Under the pieces are notes generated by a model, which ran no database searches, was not told the origin of the DNA, and saw only the letters and a program-made list of their open reading frames with translations. A stretch of 64,000 nucleotides of DNA, from the NCBI GenBank assembly GCA_902787685.1, contig CADAHH010000002.1, forward strand, positions 31,251-95,250, read 5' to 3'. Below, piece by piece: positions 23,007-30,788 of the stretch; the stretch's first letter is position 1, and each line of letters opens with the position of its first letter. Origin of the DNA: an uncultured Eubacteriales bacterium (GTDB lineage Bacteria; Bacillota; Clostridia; TANB77; CAG-508). A program made the translations under genes and the position numbers.

Positions 23007-26000
23007 CTATATCTCTATATTATCTTTTAAAATTTTTCTTGAAACTATAAATGTTCCAACCGCAATTAATGTTATAATAGATAGTGTTAATGAAATATAG
23101 CTTACTGCAGCACCTGTACTAACACTTATAATAACATTGCTACTTCCCATATCATCTTCATTTGTTTGTCTATTTCCTGGAGTTGAATCTATATCCTGAA
23201 TACCATATGAGTTATAGGCTTCTGCTATTTCAGCTGTGTTATTAGTTAATCCAGTATTTGATTCTGTCATTTTCTTTGTTAATACTAATGTAAGTTCTTT
23301 TGTTTCTCCAGCTTCAATCTTTGTATTACCTAAACTTGCTGAATAAATATAATCTCCTGATTGATACCACTCAGGGTTTAAGCTTGAATTAAAGCTTAAA
23401 TCTGAAGGTTTATAATCTACAATTTGTTTTACATAACCAGCAACTTCACCATTATTAGTTACTTTAACTTTATATTCTATAGCAACTAATGTACCCTCTA
23501 AATGTTTAGCTTTTATTTCAACTTTTGCAATATTAGCATCATTATATTCAGTAGTTTTTGCACCTGTTGAATTAGTTATTGTAACCTTACTTATAGTTTT
23601 TGTTAAACTTAAGTCAAATACTTTTGCTTCAATTAAACCAATATCTATATTTGTAATATTTTCATTATTAATTGTTATTGTATCTGTTGAAGCAACTTTT
23701 TTGCTTTCACCATCTAAATTCATTGTTACATTTTCTATGTCTGAGTTTCTTGAGCTTGAAACATTTTCTGCTTGATAAGTTGTTAACATATATTTTTCTG
23801 TATCATAATCAAATATAGCAACATATCTACCATTCTTAACATTTGAAATTGAGTAAAATCCGTTTTCAGATGTTGTAGAATTAATAGATGTATTATTATC
23901 TAAATTTAATAATCTAACTTTTATTCCACTTAATGTTTGTTCTTCAGAATCTCTTGAACCATTTTCATTTGAGTCTAACCATGCTGTACCAGAAACTGTA
24001 TAAGTTTTTTCTTGTTTATTGTTACCAGGTTGATCTTCAGGTTTACTTGGATTTTCTGTAGGCTCTGAACTACTTGGATTCTCTGGGTTTTCTGGGTTAT
24101 TTGGATTATTTGGCTCATTTGGATCTTCTGGTTCATCAGAATCTACAGGATTTTCAACCAATTCTGGTTGATCTTCTTCAATAGAAACCAGATTTGCTTT
24201 TAAAATGTGATTTATTTCTTCTGTTTGAACAGATAAATTCTTTATTTTTACTTCTGCTAAACTAGATAAGTGAACATCATTACTATGTGAATCTTCTTCA
24301 CTTGTAGAAGCTTCAATATTAATTTGCATAGATTCGCCTGATTTTAAAGTTTCTTCAGTAAAGAAACCTAATTTATATTTCTCACTTTCTTCTATTGTAT
24401 TAGTTGCATTTTCTTCGTTCTCTTGTAATTGTGCTTCTGTATTATCTTGTTCATCTTCTTTAAATTGAGTTGAAAATTCAATATCTTTTCCATTTGCTGT
24501 AACTCTTTTTACATCTAAATATGTAGAAATATCTTGACTTACTTCAATGTAGTCTATATTTTCTGTACCATCATTAGTAACTGTTATATTATAAAGAATT
24601 GAATCTCCATTGTTAATTGTTTCTCCCTCATTTGAAGATTTCATTGATGCTGTTAAATTATATGTTGCAATTCTTTCTGTTATAAAATTCGAATGATATA
24701 AGTTATTAGCAATAGCATAAATAGTAGCAATTTCTCCTTCTCCATTTGCATTAACATCAATTTCATATGTCTTTGTTTCTCCAGGATTTATACTTTCTAT
24801 TGTAAACTTATTATTATTAAATTCAATTATATCTTCTCCATAAACAATATTAGAAATTGTATATAATGAATTAGGTTTAACTTCAACTTCAACATTTGAA
24901 AGTTTTGATTCAGATTTATTTGTAACTGTAAGATTATATGCATATACAATACCTTTGTTAATTGTATCAGAGCCTCTAACTATCATAACCATATCCATTG
25001 CAAGATCTGATTTGCTAACTTTATTTGTGATACTATTACTTTTTATTGTATCTACATCCTCTTTAGTTGCATTTCCTAAATATGTTACTGTTGATTTTGT
25101 TGATATTGTACTATTTACAGCATCATCTTCAATTCTTATTTCATATGAAAACTTCTTTTCTTCCCCTATAGCTAATGTCTCAATATTTTCAGAGATTACA
25201 CCATTTTCAACTGCTCCTTCTTTATAATAATCTGTTGAACCCATTTCATCTGGATTTAAATTCTCTGAAGTTTTAACATATTGTACATATTTAGTTTTTT
25301 CTGGTACTTCTGTTTTTACATTAACATTTTTTGCAACTTCTGTTCCATTATTCTTAACTGTAACAACATATTTGATTATTTCTCCATTATATACTGTTGA
25401 ACCATCTGTTAATTCTTCTCCAGCAATATATGCCTTAATAGTTGATTGTAGCTCAGCTCCTGTTCCTGTAGTAATATTTAATGTTGTTGCATCAACTTGT
25501 TTGTTTACTGATGTTGCAGAATTTGTATAATTAACTTTATATCCTGCTTCAGCTTGTAGATTATATCCTAGATTTCCAGGTATATTTACACTATAGGTAG
25601 CATCTAATTTTTCTCCAATAGCCATATTTGGAACTATCATCAAATATTTTTTTGGATTTGCAGTTTTTAACTGTTCTGTCCAACCATTTGAAGTATTTAA
25701 TACATCTTCAGTAGCATTCTCATTTTCACTATAATATACTTTAATGTTATTTTCTGATAAAACATTTATTTTTGATGTTAAGCTTGCACCTAAATTTGTA
25801 AAAGTAGGGAATTTGCCTAAAATAGAAACATTATTTAATACTACACCTTCGTTATTTATTAATCCAATTTTTACAGTAGCATTTATTGCTTCTTTATTAG
25901 TAGGTAATACAACATTTTTTGTTCCTTTATTTCCAATTGTTTCAACTTTTAATTCAGGAATACTATTTGTTGTAATTAATCCTTGTTCTACAGCTATTTT

Positions 26001-28007
26001 AACTGGAACTTGTACTTCACCATTATCTTCAAATGAGCTTGCTATTTCGTTTGTATAATTTAACACTATATTTTCATCACTATTTGTAGCTAATTGGTCA
26101 ACTACTAAATCAGCATATATAATTAAAGTTGTTCCTTCTAATGTTTCAGTATTATATGTTTGTTGTGTTCCTGAAAGATTTATTGTAATAACTTTGCTTC
26201 CATCTTCATCATTAACAGTTGCATTTGATATATCTAATCCATTAGCATATAATACTTTACAAGTAACATTGTTTAGGGCTTTAACTTGTTTAGGTAGTTT
26301 TATTTTTACAACTGGATTTTTATATAAATCTTTGCTCTCATCATTATTTAATAATACTGCTGTTATTTTAACTTGTTTATTTTCTTCTATTGAAGATAGA
26401 GTATTTGTACTAACTGCTAAATTAGCTTTACTTGAAGTATTTTTTAATTCTATATTTTTATTTAATGAAATACTTTGATTTTCATCATATTTTCCGTCAA
26501 TATTTTCTTTTATTGCAGTTAAAGTATTAACTGTTTCTCTTGAATTTTCAGATGATAAAATAGTTTTGGTATTTTCAACATTTAATGTTCCAATTGCAAC
26601 TGGTTTTGTTGTTTCCATTACTATTCCTTCTTTGCCTTCGCTTAAGTAAACTACAATATTACCATCATTATCTACTTGTGAATTTGCATTTATTGTTGAA
26701 ATAACAGTTCCATTATTATCCTTAACTGTAATATATCCTTCATTCCCAAATATTGCTACAAATTCGTTTTTATTAACTTTTATTTGTTTATAAACTATAT
26801 TTGCAGGTACTGTTGTTTCAGCTGATACAAATGATGTTATTCCTTCATTTAATGTTATAGTATTTGCATTTAGATAATCTATATATATTTTACTTGTAGT
26901 TATATAGCTTCTTTCTTCTCCTGTATATAATCTTCCTTTATATATATAGTTTTCATTAGTATCTAATTCAAATGATACTATTCCGTCTATATCTTTATCT
27001 ATACGAACACTTTTGGTTAATGATAAATCTTTATTATCATAAGTACTTACTTCACCAATTACACTAATTTCAGAATTAAGTAAGCTAGCTTCTTTTTCTA
27101 ATATATATGTAATAACAAAAGAATCTTGTACATTTTTTGCCCAGCTAATATTGTTTGTATCTTCATTTGATACTGTAATTGTTAATTTTTTCTCTTCTTT
27201 ATTATATATATAATTAGCATCACTAAAATTAACACTACTATTTGTAGCAGCATTGCTCCTTGAATGTACCATTACATTTTTAACATTTTCAGGCACACTT
27301 AAAGTTATATTAGTATTTTTAACTGGATAATTATTATTAGTGATTTTACTATTTACTAATATTTGAACTACTCTATTTTCTTCATTATTATTTGTATATA
27401 TAAAGTTTGTAAGTAATGAACTATCTAATTCTAGTTTTGTATTTTCACTAGATTTCCAGTTAATTGAAACTTCAGCTGTTCCTGAAATGTCAATATATTT
27501 ATCTTTTTCAACATTTTTACTGTTGATATATTGACCATTCAAATTTACTTTTGTTGCAGAATTTAACATTTCACTATTTATAGAAGTAGAATTAATAGGA
27601 TCAATTGCAAGTTTTATTGTTACATTACTTCCTGCATTTATTTGATTAAGTCTAACTTCATTTCCAGAAATTTCTGCAACATTTTCACTTAATATCATAT
27701 TTTTGATATTAAAGTTATTGTTATTTAAATTAATCTTTCCATTGAAATATCCCTCATTTTTAACTGATATATCAACATAAAGATATTCTTCTCCTTTGTC
27801 AATACTTTCTTCTAATTTTTCAACCTTATCACCATTTGCATTAATGAAATAAGCTGAAAAATCTACATTTGCACTATTTGTTTTAATAATATCAACCGCA
27901 TAACTTACAGCAGCTTGACCAACAAACATAAAATCAGATATTGTTAATGTAATAACAATAATCATTGCGCAAATTTTGATAAATAAGCCTTTTTTAGTCA
28001 TGTTCAT
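23007..28007 (-). CDS. Large cell-surface protein (1666 aa) with DUF11-like repeats, Pro/Glu/Asn linker, SdrD-B-like domain and SVSTG-TM-basic tail
   Basis: GEIIKYVVTVKNNG, GDSILYNITVTNDG, YTVSGTAWLDSNENG; paralog of 13768..18261. Confidence 0.85.
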   Translation of the reverse strand: MNMTKKGLFIKICAMIIVITLTISDFMFVGQAAVSYAVDIIKTNSANVDFSAYFINANGDKVEKLEESIDKGEEYLYVDISVKNEGYFNGKINLNNNNFNIKNMILSENVAEISGNEVRLNQINAGSNVTIKLAIDPINSTSINSEMLNSATKVNLNGQYINSKNVEKDKYIDISGTAEVSINWKSSENTKLELDSSLLTNFIYTNNNEENRVVQILVNSKITNNNYPVKNTNITLSVPENVKNVMVHSRSNAATNSSVNFSDANYIYNKEEKKLTITVSNEDTNNISWAKNVQDSFVITYILEKEASLLNSEISVIGEVSTYDNKDLSLTKSVRIDKDIDGIVSFELDTNENYIYKGRLYTGEERSYITTSKIYIDYLNANTITLNEGITSFVSAETTVPANIVYKQIKVNKNEFVAIFGNEGYITVKDNNGTVISTINANSQVDNDGNIVVYLSEGKEGIVMETTKPVAIGTLNVENTKTILSSENSRETVNTLTAIKENIDGKYDENQSISLNKNIELKNTSSKANLAVSTNTLSSIEENKQVKITAVLLNNDESKDLYKNPVVKIKLPKQVKALNNVTCKVLYANGLDISNATVNDEDGSKVITINLSGTQQTYNTETLEGTTLIIYADLVVDQLATNSDENIVLNYTNEIASSFEDNGEVQVPVKIAVEQGLITTNSIPELKVETIGNKGTKNVVLPTNKEAINATVKIGLINNEGVVLNNVSILGKFPTFTNLGASLTSKINVLSENNIKVYYSENENATEDVLNTSNGWTEQLKTANPKKYLMIVPNMAIGEKLDATYSVNIPGNLGYNLQAEAGYKVNYTNSATSVNKQVDATTLNITTGTGAELQSTIKAYIAGEELTDGSTVYNGEIIKYVVTVKNNGTEVAKNVNVKTEVPEKTKYVQYVKTSENLNPDEMGSTDYYKEGAVENGVISENIETLAIGEEKKFSYEIRIEDDAVNSTISTKSTVTYLGNATKEDVDTIKSNSITNKVSKSDLAMDMVMIVRGSDTINKGIVYAYNLTVTNKSESKLSNVEVEVKPNSLYTISNIVYGEDIIEFNNNKFTIESINPGETKTYEIDVNANGEGEIATIYAIANNLYHSNFITERIATYNLTASMKSSNEGETINNGDSILYNITVTNDGTENIDYIEVSQDISTYLDVKRVTANGKDIEFSTQFKEDEQDNTEAQLQENEENATNTIEESEKYKLGFFTEETLKSGESMQINIEASTSEEDSHSNDVHLSSLAEVKIKNLSVQTEEINHILKANLVSIEEDQPELVENPVDSDEPEDPNEPNNPNNPENPENPSSSEPTENPSKPEDQPGNNKQEKTYTVSGTAWLDSNENGSRDSEEQTLSGIKVRLLNLDNNTSINSTTSENGFYSISNVKNGRYVAIFDYDTEKYMLTTYQAENVSSSRNSDIENVTMNLDGESKKVASTDTITINNENITNIDIGLIEAKVFDLSLTKTISKVTITNSTGAKTTEYNDANIAKVEIKAKHLEGTLVAIEYKVKVTNNGEVAGYVKQIVDYKPSDLSFNSSLNPEWYQSGDYIYSASLGNTKIEAGETKELTLVLTKKMTESNTGLTNNTAEIAEAYNSYGIQDIDSTPGNRQTNEDDMGSSNVIISVSTGAAVSYISLTLSIITLIAVGTFIVSRKILKDNIEI

Positions 28008-28131
28008 ATAAAACTCCTCCTTATATTTATATCCTTTTAATGCTTATTCTATTATAAAATAGATATTCAAAACAAGTCAATAGTACTTATTTTGAATTCT
28101 TCTTTATTACAAAAATAATACTTAAAAATGT

Positions 28132-28209
28132 TTTACGGAAGCACATTATCAAATTCTTGCTCTTTTAAATGTTACATTTTTATTACATTTTCATTACAAT
28201 TATATTACA
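28132..28209 (-). promoter_or_regulatory. Four TGTAA(T/C) direct repeats at 11-bp spacing plus GCTTCCGTAAA motif
   Basis: TTACA on + at 28172, 28183, 28194 and 28205; TTTACGGAAGC at 28132-28142. Confidence 0.6.
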
Positions 28210-28390
28210 TATTATTTATAATAATAAGCATAAATTCTCTAGCTACTATTATATAGCTTTTTTTGGCATTTTGCAAGAGATTTCCAGAAATTTCTGCAAC
28301 TTTTTATGTAATCATTTGCACACATATTTTTATTTCTAATATAATATAATTATATTAAGGTAAAAATTAGATACGAACTGTTACAAATCA

Positions 28391-28636
28391 CAGTTAGATA
28401 ATATATATTAATGAATTGATGAGTTCGACCTACTCGCAGTTCTGAAGCCGTTATCGATTATTTGATTATTTTAATTATTATATAAACGGCGTGCATAAAA
28501 TATTAAGTGCCAGTAATTGCGGTTCAGAACGTTAACATTTTAACATAGTATATTCCGTGGCTATAAAATAGTTTTTTTCTCATACATAAAACGGCTGGAG
28601 AACGGAAGAAATGAATTAATATATATTATCTAACTG
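28391..28636. repeat. Structured ~187-bp element, copy 1, inside a perfect 22-bp inverted repeat (ncRNA or MITE-like)
   Basis: Core 28421-28607 shares blocks with 36779-36966; arms CAGTTAGATAATATATATTAAT at 28391-28412 and 28615-28636. Confidence 0.8.
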
Positions 28637-28709
28637 CAAATTAGAAAAAATGTATATAAAATTTATCACTTTTTATCAAAAAATATATTAAGAAAGGAAT
28701 ATTTTAGTA

Positions 28710-28859
28710 ATGAATAATACTGATATATCTTATTTAATGAATCTTTTAAATAAAATGGATAAAGACCAACTAAAAAATGGTTTAGATAAAGTTAACCAAC
28801 TATTAAGCCCTGAAGAAAAACAAAAAATAATACAGGCATTAAATCGCAAAGATAAATAG
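28710..28859 (+). CDS. Small hypothetical protein (49 aa)
   Basis: Not in ORF track; SD AGAAAGGA; MNNTDISYLMNLLNKMDKDQLKNGLDKVNQLLSPEEKQKIIQALNRKDK; first gene of a three-gene + strand unit. Confidence 0.65.
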   Translation: MNNTDISYLMNLLNKMDKDQLKNGLDKVNQLLSPEEKQKIIQALNRKDK

Positions 28860-28897
28860 TCAAATTCTTGAATGCGTAAGAGTGGAGGTGTTTATAT

Positions 28898-29296
28898 TTG
28901 GATAATAATATATCAGAAGTTTTCAAAACAATATTAAGCAATAATTCTACATCTTCTACTAATAAAGAAAGTTCAAAAGAATCTCTAAACATCACTCCTG
29001 AAATGATAACTCAATTAGCAAATACTATTAAATCAAGTAATTCTTCAAATGATACTAATAATACTTCAAGTTCAAATTCTGGAAATAACCTTGATTTAGA
29101 TTTTGACACAATATTAAAAATAAAAAATATTATAGAGGCATTTAATAAAAAAGATGATGCAAAATCTAATCTACTTTATTCTCTAAAGCCATATTTAAGA
29201 GAATCTAGGCAAAAAAAAATTGATCAATATATAAATCTATTTAAATTATCAGGTATAACAAAATTATTAAAAAAAGAAAAAGGAGATGTAATTTAA
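28898..29296 (+). CDS. Hypothetical protein
   Basis: SD GGAGGTG; Ser/Asn-rich linker then NLLYSLKPYLRESRQKKIDQY helix. Confidence 0.75.
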   Translation: MDNNISEVFKTILSNNSTSSTNKESSKESLNITPEMITQLANTIKSSNSSNDTNNTSSSNSGNNLDLDFDTILKIKNIIEAFNKKDDAKSNLLYSLKPYLRESRQKKIDQYINLFKLSGITKLLKKEKGDVI

Positions 29297-29604
29297 TGCC
29301 ACTTTTTCGCTTTCCACGCTTTCCTTTTCCTAATAATTATTCCTACTTACATTCTAATTATTATAAAGGCATCTATAACAAACCTAATTTACCTACAAAT
29401 AATGAAAATAAATCCAATGTAATAATTGATTCTAATAAACAAAAAAATAGTTCAAAAAATGATGATGCTTATTTTTTTGAACTATTTGGTTTAAAATTAT
29501 ATTTTGATGATGTATTATTAATATGCCTGATTTTCTTTTTATATCAGGAAGGTGTAAAAGATGACGAGCTATTTATAAGCTTAATATTATTGCTATTAAG
29601 CTAA
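29296..29604 (+). CDS. Hypothetical protein with hydrophobic C-terminus
   Basis: SD AAAGGAG, TAATG overlap; Pro/Tyr/Phe-rich N-terminus; DDVLLICLIFFLYQEG C-terminus. Confidence 0.75.
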   Translation: MPLFRFPRFPFPNNYSYLHSNYYKGIYNKPNLPTNNENKSNVIIDSNKQKNSSKNDDAYFFELFGLKLYFDDVLLICLIFFLYQEGVKDDELFISLILLLLS

Positions 29605-29627
29605 ATTAAATATAACAACGAAAGATG

Positions 29628-29782
29628 AAGTTATTCACAATTAGCTTTTAAACAAATCAAAAACGAGTATTGACAAGTATAATTATCTATAAATAATCTT
29701 TGATTGAAAAAGAATTAAATTTTGACAAGGCAAAATAAAGTTATTCACTATTAGCTTTTAAACAAATCAAAAACGAGTATTG
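29628..29782. repeat. 45-bp direct repeat, two copies, period 110 bp
   Basis: AAGTTATTCAC(A/T)ATTAGCTTTTAAACAAATCAAAAACGAGTATTG at 29628-29672 and 29738-29782, one mismatch. Confidence 0.8.
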
Positions 29783-29788
29783 CTAGGC

Positions 29789-29849
29789 AAAATTGTATGA
29801 AAAAAGCGGAACATACATATTGTATTTGAGCATTTTTTCATACAATTTT
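29789..29849. terminator. Long hairpin downstream of minC
   Basis: Perfect 17-bp arms AAAATTGTATGAAAAAA / TTTTTTCATACAATTTT. Confidence 0.6.
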
Positions 29850-29878
29850 AACAACGCAAGACGAAGTTTTTCATTTGT

Positions 29879-30493
29879 TTACTCTATTATAATTTGTTTT
29901 TCATCTTCATCAATATATATATACGCCTCTCTATGCAAAGGTTCTTCATCTCTGTTAATTTCTTTAACCACATTTGCAATTCTAATTTGTACAGTATCCA
30001 ACTTTCCTGCTGCAATAATTGCCTTTCTATTTCCTTTTGCTCCTGCATGAGCTAGTCCCCTAAGAGTTCCTAATACTACAATATTATCTGCAGCAATTAT
30101 TTCAGCACCAGAATTAACATCTCCTAAAATAACAATACTACCTTCTTCTTCAATTCTTTGTCCAGATCTAATTGAACCTCTATGATATTTTGTTTCAGAA
30201 TTTGATACTTCTTGTGTAAATGTTTTTTTTATGTTTGATAAACCAAGCTCTTTTGGCATATCAAAATCAACATCAACATCTAAATTTTCTCTTATAATTG
30301 CCTCTATTCTATCTATCTCTTTATTTTTCAAAACTTTTCCTGTTACTAGAATTGGTGTTTTTTCATCTTTATATATTTTCTTTAATTGAGCAACTTTTTT
30401 TCTAATTTGAGATACAATATCTTCAAAGTCTGCATCCTTATTTATCTTTATAATTACCAAATTGTTTTTTTGACTAACATTTATACAATTCAT
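29879..30493 (-). CDS. minC: Septum site-determining protein MinC
   Basis: GSIRSGQRIE, VILGDVNSGAEI, LGTLRGLAHAG beta-helix motifs. Confidence 0.9.
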   Translation of the reverse strand: MNCINVSQKNNLVIIKINKDADFEDIVSQIRKKVAQLKKIYKDEKTPILVTGKVLKNKEIDRIEAIIRENLDVDVDFDMPKELGLSNIKKTFTQEVSNSETKYHRGSIRSGQRIEEEGSIVILGDVNSGAEIIAADNIVVLGTLRGLAHAGAKGNRKAIIAAGKLDTVQIRIANVVKEINRDEEPLHREAYIYIDEDEKQIIIE

Positions 30494-30531
30494 TTACATT
30501 CATCCTTTCTTCAATATTAAACTATTCCGAT

Positions 30532-30750
30532 GAAAGAGTAAATATATTTTTTTCAATCCCTTGGTGTCGAAATCTTTATGTACCTGTAATTTTTCTAAAG
30601 AAAAATTCAGCTACAATGTCGATTTCTCCAGTCGCCCTGCGCTTCGCTCCGGTTTGCTGTCCATTGTTAAGGCTCTGCCTGTTACAATGGCAGTATGCGT
30701 TCGAGCTGTTCGGCTTACGCGGGATTTCAAAATAATATATTTACTCTTTC
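30532..30750. repeat. GC-enriched ~219-bp element with terminal inverted repeats (MITE-like or structured RNA)
   Basis: Perfect 17-bp arms GAAAGAGTAAATATATT at 30532-30548 and 30734-30750, extended imperfectly by ...AATCCC/GGGATT; GC-rich interior. Confidence 0.7.
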
Positions 30751-30788
30751 TTTAGTGTTTTTTACTATTTTCTATATTAAAGTTTAGC

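Noticed and set aside
28421-28435. GAGTTCGACC resembles a tRNA T-loop
   Set aside because: No cloverleaf, acceptor stem or CCA end can be built in either copy.
29631-29639. TTATTCACA DnaA-box-like 9-mer
   Set aside because: Single match in AT-rich DNA; no box cluster and no dnaA/dnaN nearby.
29628-29782. Possible CRISPR mini-array
   Set aside because: Only two 45-bp units with a 65-bp spacer, not palindromic, and no cas genes.
30561-30755. 64-aa + strand ORF
   Set aside because: It coincides with the inverted-repeat element, starts at TTG without an SD, and is antisense to the operon.
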